Positions 1 through 12,770 of a stretch of 64,000 nt of DNA are shown one piece after another; the first letter of the stretch is position 1; each line of letters begins with the position of its first letter. Origin of the DNA: Malacoraja senta (taxonomy: Eukaryota). Position numbers and translations under genes: made by a program. Location of the stretch: the NCBI GenBank assembly GCA_038087875.1, contig JAXLNO010000270.1:62001-126000 (forward strand), in the 5' to 3' direction. The notes beneath the pieces were generated by a model. It saw only the letters and a list, made by a program, of their open reading frames with translations. It was not told the origin of the DNA and ran no database searches.

Positions 1-2088
1 AGAGAACTCAATGTTCATACCGCTATGGTGTAAAGTACCCAAGCGAAACATGAGGTGCTGCTCCTCAAATTAGCGCTGGGCCACACTCTGACAGAAAGGT
101 AATAGACATAGAACATAGAAAATAGGTGCAGGAGCAGGCCATTCGGCCCTTCGAGTCTGCACCGCCATTCAATATGATCATGGCTGATCATCCAACTCAG
201 TATCCTGTACCAGTTTTCTCTCCATACCCCCTGATCCCTTTAGCCACAAGGGCCACATCTAACTCCCTCTTAAATATAGCCAATGAACTGGCCTCAACTA
301 CATTCTGTGGCAAGTCTGATTGGGAATTGAAGGGGGAGTTCAAGTGCTGGGCCCCTTGTGATAGGATAAGACGGAGTGAGCGGAGGTGTCACATCCCGCC
401 GGAACTCCCTGGTCAACTCGTCCCTTCCCACCCAAAGCACCTCGTCCCCATGTAATTTCCCTTGCAACCGCAGGAGATTCAACACCTGGCCTTTTACCCC
501 CCCCCCCCCCCCCCCCCCCCCATCGACTCCATCCAAGGACTCAAATTACTCCTAAATGACATCCAGCTTCCAGGCCCCCACTCCCTCTTCTTTAGATGGC
601 CAGTCAATCTCCACCACCCAGCAGGGTGCTCTTAAAGCACTCCGTTTATTCCTCATCGGCAGAACCAGCCAATTTCCCTCCACGAAGAATCTCCACCGCT
701 AGAAGAGCTGGTCCTTAACCTCACATTGTCCTTCGACTCCCCCCACATCCCAAGGCGTAGCGATGGGCACTCGCATGGGCCCTAACAATGCTTGCCTCTT
801 TGTAGGGAACGTCATACAATCCCTTTTCCAGGCGCACACTGGCCTAATCCCCGAACTTTACCTCAGCTACATTGACGACTGCATTGGTGCTACCTCCTGC
901 TCCCATTCAGGACCCACATACTTCATCAACTACACCACACATTTCCATCCTGCGCTCAAATTCACTTGGACCATCTCCGACATCTCCCTACCGTTTCTAG
1001 ATCTCACCGCCTCTACCACAGGAAACAGACTATTGACCGGCATCTACCGCAAACATACTGTCTCCCAATGTTATCTTGACCACACTTCTTCTCTCCCTGC
1101 TTCCTGTAAAGGCTCTATCACCTACTCCCAATTCACCCGTCTATGCGGCATCTGCGCCCAGGATTAGGTGTTCCATACCAGGGCATCGGAGATGTGCTAA
1201 ATCTTTAGGGAACGGGGTTTCCCCTCTTCCATTATAAACGAGGCTCGCACTAGGGTCTCGTCGATATCCCGTGCTCCGCTCTTACTCTCCCTCCCCCCAT
1301 TCTTAACAAGGACAGTTACCCTTGTCCTCACCTTCCACCCCATCAGCCGTCGCATTCAGCATATAATTCTACAACATTCCCGTCACCTCCAAAGGGATCC
1401 CACTACTTCTTCACATCTCCACATCTCCACATCTTCATATCTCCACCCCTTTCTGATTTCCGTAGAAACCGTTCGCTCCGAAAATCCCTGGTCAACACGT
1501 CCCTCCCACCCAAACCACCCTTACCCAGATACTCCCCCCTGCACCCGCAGATGAGGCGACACCTGTTCCGTTACATCCCCCTTCGACTGCATACAAAGAC
1601 GCAAACAGTCTTTCCAGGTGAGGCAGAGGTTCACTTGCACCTCCTCCAACCTCATCTACTGTATCCGCTGTTCCAGGTGACAACTTCTCTACATCGGCAA
1701 GACCATGCGCTGGTTCGGCGGTCATTTCGCTGAACACCTCCGCTCAGTCAGTCTGATCTCCCGATGGCCTAGAGCTTCAACTCCCCATCCCATTCCCAAT
1801 CTGACCTATCTGTCCTGTACCCCCTCCATTGTCAAATTAGAGGAACATCACCTCATATATCGCTTGGGTCGTTAACACCCCAGCGGTATGAACATTGACT
1901 TCTCTAACTTCAGACAGCCCCTGCTTTCTCTCTCAATCCCCTTCCCCTTCCCAGTTCTCCCACGTCTTATTGTCTCCGCCTACATTCTATGTTTGTCCCT
2001 GACTTATCGACCCGAAACGTTACCCATTGGTACTTTCCAAAGATGCAGCTTCACCCGTTGATTTACTCCAGCATTTTGTGTCTAACTT
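1..2088 (+). mobile_element. Degenerate Penelope-like element (RT and GIY-YIG remnants) with an inverted terminal piece at about 1-385, itself interrupted by a CR1 3' fragment at about 100-312; lies in the intron of GPCR copy 1
   Basis: ORF 763-1167 reads MGTRMGPNNACLFVG...YIDDCIG...LKFTWTIS...LPFLDL, motifs typical of Penelope RT. Nt 1-90 are the reverse complement of about 1835-1915. Same block recurs at 42924-45019 and 57988-60082. Confidence 0.8.
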
Positions 2089-2110
2089 AAGTTGTTTTTA
2101 TTTCTTTCAG

Positions 2111-2985
2111 TTAATTTTTTGGCTGTTGTGATCCTGTGCCGCGGAAATTGTGGTCTCTCCAAATGCGTTACCCGCTACCTGGTGGCTATGGCAGCAGTGG
2201 ATCTAATGGTGGTTGTAGTTAATGTTGTACTGGAGCAGATAAATTATATATATATGTATGCTGAGTTCTTGATCACTACTCCAACTTGCGCTGTGATAGT
2301 CGCCCTACGAGTCGCAAACTTGAGCTGTTCCGTTTGGTTCACGGTCGCGTTTACTTTCGATCGATACATCGGTATATGCTGCCAGAAGCTGCGGAACCAA
2401 TATTGTCGCGGGAGAATAGCGACTGCGGTGATAATAACAGTGGTGGTAATGAGTTGTGCACAGGGTATTCCATATTACTTTGCAGTCGATCCAAGTCGTT
2501 GCGTCGGCACAGTTGAATTTCGTACGTCACCTCAATGGAAAGCCTATACGTTGTTTCATAAGATCATTACTCCGTTATTACCGTTCGGGACAATTGTACT
2601 GCTTAATGTTTTAACAGTTAGACATATTATAACGGCAAATAAACTCCGCCAGCGACTCAGGAAAAGTCGTGGTTATCAGAAAGACTCAGAGGTACAGAAC
2701 CGGAGAAAGTCAATGATACTGCTCTTCGCTCTATCAGCCAATTTCATATTATTGTGGATACCCAAAGTTGCGCATGATGTGAACCGGCAAGTATCAAACT
2801 ATACCTACCAGGACAAGTATTTCAGCAGTCCAATGTATATTCTACAAGTGTCCGGAACTATGATGCAGTTGCTCAGTACCTGCACCAACTCCTGTATCTA
2901 TGGACTGACGATGCGAAAATTCAGAGAGGAATTGAAGACCGGAGTCAAGTGTTTGTTTACATTAAACGGACTGCTCTGTAAATAA
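2111..2985 (+). CDS. GPCR copy 1, coding exon 2 (TM1 C-terminal half to TM7 and tail) of a GPR139/GPR142-like class A receptor; exon 1 not in window
   Basis: Acceptor tttctttcag ends at 2110; 875-nt open frame to TAA. Hydrophobic segments with AMAAVDL (TM2), FTFDRY (TM3), FILLWIP (TM6), TNSCIY (TM7), Cys at top of TM3 and in ECL2. Confidence 0.9.
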
Positions 2986-3329
2986 ACAGGACAAGCAATT
3001 GTAAGTTCGTTGAGCTTGTAAATAAATGTCCAGCAAAATACTAAATTTCTAGCTTGTTCCACGAAGATGACTCAAGTCTCTTTCTTGCACTATTATTCTA
3101 ATTGATTAGGTTTAATCCGGAGGAAAGCGTCGGCGCAGTGGGCACGACCCAGTTGTGCTACATCAATTCATTGTTGCTTTGTGAGATGTCAATGGATAGA
3201 GTACTTAACGCCGATTACATGGTGTCGCGGTCGGATTCATGACCCGTGTCTAACATACTATGTTTGGCGTCATCTCGTGTTCTTGGTCTAACACCTCCCA
3301 TTGAGCGTGCATATATTTGCATCTGCTAG

Positions 3330-5700
3330 CGTTTAATTCACGGGGGCGAGAATACAAAAACATGGATGTAATGCTGAGGCTCTATACGGCGTGACGGGCC
3401 GCATTTTTAATATTGTGAGAAATTTTGGGCACCATATCCGAGGAAGAATGAGCTGTGGAAAGCGCCCGGAGGATGTTTACAAGAATAATCGCACGAATGA
3501 GTGAGTTAACATATGATGAGCGTTCGACGACATTGGGCCTATATTCGCTCGAATTTAGAAGAATGGCGGGGGACCTCATTGAAACATACCGAATAGTGAA
3601 AGGATAAATTGGATAGAGTCATAGAGTGATACTGTTTGAAACATGCCCTTTGGCCCAACTAGCCTACAGCAGTCAACATGCCCCAGCTACACTAGTCGTA
3701 CCTGGCACCATTCAGTTCATATCGCTCCAAACCTGTCCTACCTATATGTCTCTCTAACTGTTTCTTAGACGTTGGGATAGTCGCTGCCTCAACTACCTGT
3801 TCTGGCAGCTTGTTCCATACATTCATCACCCTTTATGTGAAAAGGTTAACTTCAGAACCCTATTAAATATTTTCCCCTTCACCTTAAACCTATATCCTGT
3901 GTTCCGTGATTCACCTACTCTGGCACGAGATTAAGTGCATCTACCCGATCAACTGTGGTCCTTTCGCTATCTTATACATCTATATGAGATCACCCCTCCT
4001 CATCCTGCGCTCCAAGCCATAGAGTCCCAGCCTGCTCGACCTTTGCCTATGGCTCAGACCTTCTAATCCTGGCAGCATCCTCACCAACATCTTATATAAC
4101 TGCAAAATGACCTCCCTATTTCCATACTCGATACTCTGACTGATGAATAGCAATATGCCAAAAGCCTTCTCACCACCTGATCTACGTGCGCCTTCAGGGA
4201 ACTATGCACATGTACTCCTATATCTCTGTGCTCTACAACACTACCCAATAGACACACGACAATGGATGCAGAACTAGGCCATTGGACGCTTCGAGCCAGC
4301 ACCGCCATTCAATGTGATCATGGCTGATCATCCCTAATCCAGATCATCCTGACCCGAACCATTCACTGTGTAGGTTCTGCCCATGATAGACTTCCCAAAA
4401 ATGCCAGTATATCCAATCTCACTGAACAGCATCGAGAGACATTACAACCACAAATGATAAGCTTACTGTTCTATAGTTAACAGCATTTTCACTGCAGCCC
4501 TTCTTGAATAAAGGCACAGCATTTGCCACCCTACAATCTTCTGGCAACCCTCCCGTATTTATAGACGACTCGTAAATTTCAAACAGGGATCCCACAATCT
4601 CCTCTGTGGTTTCCCACAATGACCGCGGATATATCTGATCAGGCCCTGGAGAGTTGTCTAACTTCATACACGATAGTACCTTCAACGTACTATCGACCGT
4701 AATACTGACTGCTCTTATTTCCCTGCCCTTGAATGCCCCAAGTTCCTCCGTGCTCCTCTCTTTCTCCTCCGTAAATACTTATGAGAAACACTCATTGAGG
4801 ACCTTGCCCATCTCCTTTTGCTCCACACATAGTTGACCGTTTTGCATCCTGAGGGATCCCACTATCTCGTGTTACCTTTTCCATCCTTATATATTTATAA
4901 AATCTCTTGGGGTTTTCCTTAATGCTATTTGCCAGAGCGAGCTCCTTGCCTCTTTTTTGCCCTTCTCATTTCCTTTTTTACTTTGCTCCTTGGTTCCCGA
5001 AACTGCGCTAGGGTTACACATGATCCCAGCTGCCTATACATGTCCAAAGCGTGCTTTTATTCTTAAATGTTGCCTCAATTTCTCCCGACATCCAAGGTTC
5101 CTTAGGTTTTCCTGTCTTGCCCTTCACTCCAACAGGGACGTGTCTATCCTGACCATTTGTCATCACACCTATAAACACATCCCATTTGGTTGATGTTCTT
5201 TTCCCCGCAAACCCGCTCCTATCAACTTGAGCGAGACACTCTCTCATGCCCGGAAAGTTGGCCTTACCCAAATTTTGCTTTTTAACGTGATTTCTCTTTC
5301 TTTCCCTTTATCTATCTATCTATCTTAAACCGAATCGAACCTAATATGTAGGACCCTCTACATGTTGCTGACTATGGAGCGTATGTTTCTACTCGGGGGA
5401 GAGTATAGGACTAGAGATCATAGTGTCACAATTAAAGGACGTTCCTTTAGCAAGGAGAAGAGGAGAAATATATTTAGTCAAAGGGTTGTGAATCTGTGGA
5501 ATTCATTATCACAGAACAGCGTGGATGCCGTCAATAGATGTCTTCCGGGCAGAGATAGAGAGATTCTTGATTAGCACATGTGTCAGGAGCTATGAGGATA
5601 AAAAAGGAGGAAGGGGTTGGGAGGTATAGATACAGTAGAATAGCCACGATTGAATGGCGTTGACATGATGGGCCGAATGGCCGAATTATGCTCTGATCAC
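3330..5700. mobile_element. Cluster of decayed CR1-type LINE fragments in both orientations downstream of the GPCR (repeated in every unit: about 19050-21370, 26740-29060, 46260-49650, 61325-64000)
   Basis: Translations such as KLDNSPGPDQIYPR...ANAVPLFKKG...NYRTVSL and FSQRVVNLWNSL are CR1 ORF2 motifs, broken by stops and frameshifts. Confidence 0.8.
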
Positions 5701-6289
5701 TAATGCCCTTATGATCTGTAGAATTCATCCCACGGGGAAGACGCTGTTCCAGCTTTAAATGATGAATCAACTTCACTTGGTAATTTATATCGGAGTTTCG
5801 AATTACAAGCACTGTCCTCCACTGTTAGAGTGAGGCAAAAAGGAAATTGTTGGAACATATTCTCATATTTTGCTTGGGAAGCTTGCAGCCTTGGGGTATG
5901 AAAAATGATTTATTTAGCTTCAAGTAACCCCTACATTATTTATCTCTCCATCCCCCCATCTCAAGTAATATCAGCTTTCTGATCTCACCTTTTAGACAGC
6001 TAACAGTGGCATGTTTCCCTTATCATTGTTACTTTTTTGCATATCTTTAATTCATTTGTTCTATATCACTTTACATTATCACGTATATATCTCGGTCTCT
6101 ATGAGGTGATGTTCAGTTTGAAGAAGAATCTCGAACCCAAATGTCACGCATTCCTTCTCTCCAGATAAGCTGCCTGTCCCGTTGCGTTCCTCCAGCATTG
6201 AGTGTCTATCTTCGGTTTAAACCAGCATCTGCAGTTTCATCCTGCACATTTCGTCACACCGAAGGTCCAGGAAGAGAGAAGGTGGGTGC

Positions 6290-7430
6290 CCATGGTTAGA
6301 AACAGGAAGTGCAGGTGACTTCACTGGCCATCCAACTTCAAATCAAATACACTCTTTAGAGTGCTGACGTGGGGGGACCTCACGTCAAAGTTGAGCAGCT
6401 GTGGCAGGAAGGACTGTTACAGAAACTCTGCCAACTGAGGCTCAGCAGGTAATGGCTACGTAAAGCAGAGCCGCAATTGTCGGTGCCTACATAATTAGAG
6501 GTGCAGACAGGGGTTGATGTGGCTGCATTCGAGACTGAAGGATTGTGTGTTGCTTCCCTACTGCCAGGGTTCATGGCGTCTCGGAGCGGCTTCATGACAT
6601 CCTCTGGCGGGAGGGGAAGCAGCGGTAAGTCGTTGTGCGTGTTGAGAAAAATTACGTAGGTGGGAAATGGAAGTACATTCTGCAACATGAGTATAGGGAG
6701 TTGGGTAAAAAACTAAAAAAAACATGACTTCCAGTGTCATGATCTTTGGATCGGTTCCAGCGCCACGTGGTAGTGAGGGTAGGAACAGGAAGATGCATGA
6801 GTTGAATCTGGGCTGAGAGGTTGGTGCAGAGGTAGAGATTCAGATTTATAGATCATTGTGATAACTTCTGGGGATGAGGTGACCTTTCCAAGAACGATGA
6901 CTTACATGTTAGCTTGAGAGGATTGAATATCCAGGCACGCATGATCGCTTGTGCTGCACGGGTGGGTTTCAATTAGATTGACAGTGCGGGGGGATCTCAT
7001 CCGATAACGAGGCACATGAGAGTCAGGACGTTGGTATCGAGGGTGGGGAAAGGAAGTCAGTCAGCGAGTAGTGGCTGTTCGTTTAAATGATGCTAATTGT
7101 AATGCAACAGGCCTGATGGGTAAGACACATGAACTTAGGGCTTGGATAGGTGCGTGCGACTGGGACGTTGCGCCTATTATATAAACCTAGCTAATAGATG
7201 GTATGATTGGAAGCTCAACGTTCCTGGTTCTAGGTGCTTCAGGAGAAACAAAGTTGTCGGTAAAAGTGGAGGGTTGTTCCGGTATTGGTTTAGGACGGGA
7301 TCACAGCAGTGGACAAAGTTGACTTTACGGATGATTCGTTCATCTGACCGTGGAGCTCACGAACAAGAAAGGGATGATCAACTTTTTTGGAGCGTTCTAT
7401 AGGCCTGCAAGTTGTCAACGGGAATTAAAA
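6290..7430 (+). mobile_element. Decayed CR1 fragment: ORF1 (SGNH/esterase-like) and start of the APE endonuclease region
   Basis: Remnants such as EYRELGKKLK...VVIFG (read in the paralog at 50740-50922) and DWKLNVPGSRCFRR. Paralogs at about 29810-33800 (split by L1) and 50400-51253. Confidence 0.65.
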
Positions 7431-10007
7431 TACCAAACACCAAATTAAAATACCCTCGCTCAGCAGCAGCAGCAAAGACTCATGTGTGGAGAGACTCCCA
7501 AACGGACATGTATGTTAAATTAATCTTGCTTATAAAGTAACCGTTTGATCACGAATTTTGGACTCGCTACACAGGCATGAATGAATGTCGGAGTAGACTC
7601 GATGGACCCAATGGGCTAATTCTGCTGCTATCACTTGTGATCTTATGACATTATAACACACTTTGGAGTTGTACTGATGGAGTGCACACTATGGTGATAC
7701 GAATGGAGAGATATACTTTGGTATGGGCCTGAAGGAGTTAAACACTGTGGAATGCATCTGCGTGGTGTAGAACTAATAGAGTGCCATACTGAAGGGTAAT
7801 ACAGATAGAATTATCATCTGTGGGGTAGTACTGAATAAGAGGCACACCGCAACACAATACAATACAATATAATACAACACAATAATATAATACTTTATTA
7901 GCCAAGTGTGTTTTGCAACATTTGCTAAGTCAGTCATACAAATAAAAAGCAACGGAACACACAAATTAATTTTTTACATAAATGTCCACCAAAGGGATTC
8001 CTCCACATTCCTCACGGTGATGAGAGGCGAAAAAAAGTTCAATTTCTTCCAGTCTTTCTTCTCCCGCGTTCGGGGGCCTCGAGCCTTCCGTTGACGGGAC
8101 GAACTTGACTCCTGTAACGGCGGCGTTTGGGCCCTCCGCATCGGGGCGATAAGTTACCGCATCAGGGCGATGTCAGCTCCCCCGCGGCGACGATCGGACC
8201 CCTAGTCGGGACTGATCGAACTTCTGCGTCGTTGGAGCACCCGACTAGGCCACTCCCGATTCTGCGAGCTCTCGATGGCAAAGTCCGCAGTTCGCGATTG
8301 GAGCGATCCCAGACAAGGGAGCAGCTACGATGGAAAGTCTACGCCCCACGGTGGTTCTCAAAGTTAGTGCGGTGAGGCCTCCAGCTTCATCGATGTTAGG
8401 AGAGACGACTCTGAATCAAATCGCATCTCGCATTGTGATAACTTCTGGGGATGAGGTGACCTTTCCAAGAACGATGACTTACATGTTAGCTTGAGAGGAT
8501 TGAATATCCAGGCACGCATGATCGCTTGTGCTGCACGGGTGGGTTTCAATTAGATTGACAGTGCGGGGGGATCTCATCCGATAACGAGGCACATGAGAGT
8601 CAGGACGTTGGTATCGAGGGTGGGGAAAGGAAGTCAGTCAGCGAGTAGTGGCTGTTCGTTTAAATGATGCTAATTGTAATGCAACAGGCCTGATGGGTAA
8701 GACACATGAACTTAGGGCTTGGATAGGTGCGTGCGACTGGGACGTTGCGCCTATTATATAAACCTAGCTAATAGATGGTATGATTGGAAGCTCAACGTTC
8801 CTGGTTCTAGGTGCTTCAGGAGAAACAAAGTTGTCGGTAAAAGTGGAGGGTTGTTCCGGTATTGGTTTAGGACGGGATCACAGCAGTGGACAAAGTTGAC
8901 TTTACGGATGATTCGTTCATCTGACCGTGGAGCTCACGAACAAGAAAGGGATGATCCACTTTTTTGGAGCGTTCTATAGGCCTGCAAGTTGTCAACGGGA
9001 ATTAAAATACCAAACACCAAATTAAAATACCCTCGCTCAGCAGCAGCAGCAAAGACTCATGTGTGGAGAGACTCCCAAACGGACATGTATGTTAAATTAA
9101 TCTTGCTTATAAAGTAACCGTTTGATCACGAATTTTGGACTCGCTACACAGGCATGAATGAATGTCGGAGTAGACTCGATGGACCCAATGGGCTAATTCT
9201 GCTGCTATCACTTGTGATCTTATGACCTTATAACACACTTTGGAGTTGTACTGATGGAGTGCACACTATGGTGATACGAATGGAGAGATATACTTTGGTA
9301 TGGGCCTGAAGGAGTTAAACACTGTGGAATGCATCTGCGTGGTGTAGAAATAATAGAGTGCCATACTGAAGGGTAATACAGATAGAATTATCATCTGTGG
9401 GGTAGTACTGAATAAGAGGCACACCGCAACACAATACAATACAATATAATACAATACAATAATATAATACTTTATTAGCCAAGTGTGTTTTGCAACATTT
9501 GCTAAGTCAGTCATACAAATAAAAAGCAACGGAACACACAAATTAATTTTTTACATAAATGTCCACCAAAGGGATTCCTCCACATTCCTCACGGTGATGA
9601 GAGGCGAAAAAAAGTTCAATTTCTTCCAGTCTTTCTTCTCCCGCGTTCGGGGGCCTCGAGCCTTCCGTTGACGGGACGAACTTGACTCCTGTAACGGCGG
9701 CGTTTGGGCCCTCCGCATCGGGGCGATAAGTTACCGCATCAGGGCGATGTCAGCTCCCCCGCGGCGACGATCGGACCCCTAGTCGGGACTGATCGAACTT
9801 CTGCGTCGTTGGAGCACCCGACTAGGCCACTCCCGATTCTGCGAGCTCTCGATGGCAAAGTCCGCAGTTCGCGATTGGAGCGATCCCAGACAAGGGAGCA
9901 GCTACGATGGTAAGTCTACGCCCCACGGTGGTTCTCAATGTTAGTGCAGTGAGGCCTCCAGCTTCATCGATGTTAGGAGAGACGACTCTGAATCAAATCG
10001 CATCTCC
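6854..10007 (+). repeat. Near-perfect 1577-bp direct tandem duplication (6854-8430 / 8431-10007)
   Basis: cattgtgataacttctgggg starts at both 6854 and 8431. ORFs recur at +1577 (7142/8719, 7906/9483, 8127/9704). About 7 substitutions seen by eye. Confidence 0.95.
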
Positions 10008-10175
10008 GGCAAGGTAAGATATTGAAAAAGGTTTCCACCGACCCCCCCCCCCCCCATACACACAGCTCCCCGCGCACGAAACAAACAAGATAACATACAC
10101 ACAAACATTTAAAACACAAAAAATAACAAAAGAAAGGCGAAAAACAGGCAGACTGTTGGCGAGGCTTCCATTCGT
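9427..10175 (-). mobile_element. GC-rich non-coding retroposon with (TATTG)n-like tail, inserted in a degenerate ~28-bp minisatellite; partial duplicate at about 7850-8430, paralog at about 34237-34992
   Basis: caatacaata repeats at one end, GC-rich core and poly-C tract. Flanked on both sides by cacactgtgg...gtactgatggagag-like repeat units. Confidence 0.55.
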
Positions 10176-10329
10176 GCGGTGCACTATGGGGTGTTACTGA
10201 TTGTGTGCACAATGTGGAAAATTATTGTGTGGCGAATACACACTGTGGGGCAGTACTGATGGAGAGACACTCTACGGAATAATACTGTCTCTCTTTGGAT
10301 CACATGCGATCAAACCTACCATGCGGAAC

Positions 10330-11660
10330 CTTAGAAACATTGAAATGTGGAAAATATGTGCAGGAGGAGGGCAGTCGGCCCTTCGAGCCAGCACCGCCGT
10401 GCATTGTGATCATGGCTGATCGTCCACTATCAATAACCCGTGCCTGCCTACTCCCCATATTCCTTGACTCCAAGAACCCATAGAGCTCGATCAACTCTTT
10501 TAAATCCATTCTGCGATTTGGCCTCCACTGTCCTCTGTGGCAGGGAATCCCATAAATTCACAACTCTCTGGGTGAAAAGGTTTTTTCTCACCTCAATCTT
10601 AAATAACCTCCCCTTTATTCTAAGAATGTGGCCCCTGGTTCTGGACTCGCCCAACATTGGGAACATTTTCCTGCACCTAGCTTGTCCAGTCCTTTTATAA
10701 TTTTATATGTTTCTATAAGAACCCCCTCATCCTTCTAAACTCTAGTGAATACAAGCCTAGTCTTTTCAATCTTTCCTCATATGACAGTCCCGCCATCCAA
10801 GGGATCAATCTCGTGAACCTACCCTGCACTGCCTCAATCACAAGGATGTCCTTCCTCAAATTAGGATACCAAAACTGTACACAATACTCCAGATGTGGTC
10901 TCACCAGAGCCCTATACAACTGCAGAAGAACCGCTTTACTCCTATACTGAAATCCTCTTGTTTTGAAGGCCAACATTACATTAGCTTTCTTCACTGCCTG
11001 CTGTACCTGCACGCCAACTTACAGTGACCGGTGCACATTTACACCCAGGTCTCGCTGTACCCCCCTCCCCCCTTACCTGACCTAACCCCATTGAGATAAT
11101 AATCGTCCTCCTTGTTTTTGCCGCCAAAGTGCATAACCTCACATTTATCTATTTTATACTGCATCTGCCACGCATCTGCCCACTCACTCAACCTGTCCAG
11201 GTCACCCTGCAACCTCCTAACATCCTCTCAATAGTTCACACTGCCACCCAGCTTTGTGTCATACGCAAACTTGCTGGTGTTGCTCCTAATTCCCTCTTCT
11301 AAATCACTAATATATATGGTACACAGTTGCGGCCCCAACACCGAGCATTGCGGCACTCCACTGGCCTCTGCCTGCCGTTCAGAAAAGGACCCTTACACTC
11401 CTACTCTTTGCTTCCGGTCTCCCAACCAATTTTCTATCCATGTCAACACCCTACCCCCAATACCATGTGCTCTAATTTTGGGCACCAGTCTCTTGTCGAA
11501 TGCCTCTTTGAAATCCATGTATACAACATCGACAAGTCACTTCTCAACGACTTTTTGATCACGTCTGCAAAAAACTCAATCAGACTTGCGAGACACTACC
11601 TTCCCCGTACAAAACCATGCTGACTATCCCTAATCAGACCTTGCTTATCCAAATGCCTGT
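10330..11660 (-). mobile_element. CR1 LINE 3' portion (RT C-terminus and 3' end), decayed; paralogs at about 35105-36120 and 51254-51795
   Basis: Minus-strand ORFs LYRALVRPHLEYCVQFW, FTQRVVNLWDSLP and, in paralogs, SKFADDTKLGG. Confidence 0.85.
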
Positions 11661-12651
11661 ATATCGAAATAAATGTAGAAAAGGTTGCTTTTCGGGCTGG
11701 TGGCCTGCGACTAGTGGTGTGCCTCAAGGTTCGTTACTGAGCCCATTACTGTATGTCATCTACCCCGCTGACTCTGCCATATCCTTATTTCCTGCTCAAT
11801 ATACCAGTCCAATTGTTTCCTTTATTTTTCCTTTATTGCATGAGATTACCTTTATTGTATCGAGCTTCTCAGCGTCACTGCCTTATCAATATTTGGAGTG
11901 ATCATTCTAATGACAATTAATGGCAGGACGCAATAAAGTGACTGGGCAAAATATATTGTAATAAGCCGTCAATATGCAAGGGTCACTTCGAGAATGGAGG
12001 AAAAGCTGAAAACGACATGAACGTGGATGGCCCATACATCCCCCAGTGACATATCCAGTGTTACAATTGATCGGTGACCGAGAACCAACGAACCGACGCA
12101 AAACCAGAGCGCTGTGCTGAAGTACTATCTACCTCTTTGATCACCTAGGTCGGACTTTGCTGGCTTTACCTTGCACTAGACGTTATTCATTTATAATATA
12201 GTCTCTTATCACAGTGAATGGATCGATTGTAATCATGTGCTGTCTTTCTGCTGACTGGTTAGCACGTAAGAAAATCGTTTCACTGTACCTCGGTACACGT
12301 GACAATATACTAAACTAACCTTAACTAAACTAAACTAATCTAAACACATTTTTAAAAACAGATTACCCTTCATGACACAACACTGAACTTTCAACCTACT
12401 GCGTTGGAAACCTTTCAAGACAACATTATAAATAATTGCATGTAATATCCTCGGTGAACTAAACATATTACACATGCATAACGAGGAAAAATAGTTTTTC
12501 CTAAGTGTTAGTTCAATGGCCTGTGGCTAACGTGACTCTGGAGGGTAACAATTAGCTCAGAGGACGTTCCGTAATGTATAATAACACGTTGATCTGGTGC
12601 ATGTCGCTACTTGGAACGCTTCGTACGACTGGTCGCTGCTGCAGGTAGAAA

Positions 12652-12721
12652 ATGGAGTATCCAGCGATTTGCCACGTTGCAAGAAATTACTATCCTGTAC
12701 TTGCAGCGATCGGCATTCCTG
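12652..12721 (+). pseudogene. Coding exon 1 of GPCR copy 2 (MEYPAICHVARNYYPVLAAIGIP plus 1 nt); joins exon 2 at 17828
   Basis: AAAATGG start context; 70 nt ending in CCTG|GTAAGG donor. Phase 1 matches the exon-2 acceptor and restores TM1 YYPVLAAIGIP-V. Confidence 0.85.
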
Positions 12722-12770
12722 GTAAGGTACTAGAACTGACTCGGCGACCGTTTCAAGGAACTGTTAGGTA

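Noticed and set aside
2286..2516. 76-aa alternative-frame ORF recurring inside every GPCR exon 2
   Set aside because: It starts at a non-ATG codon, and its recurrence is explained by the high nucleotide identity of the paralogs.
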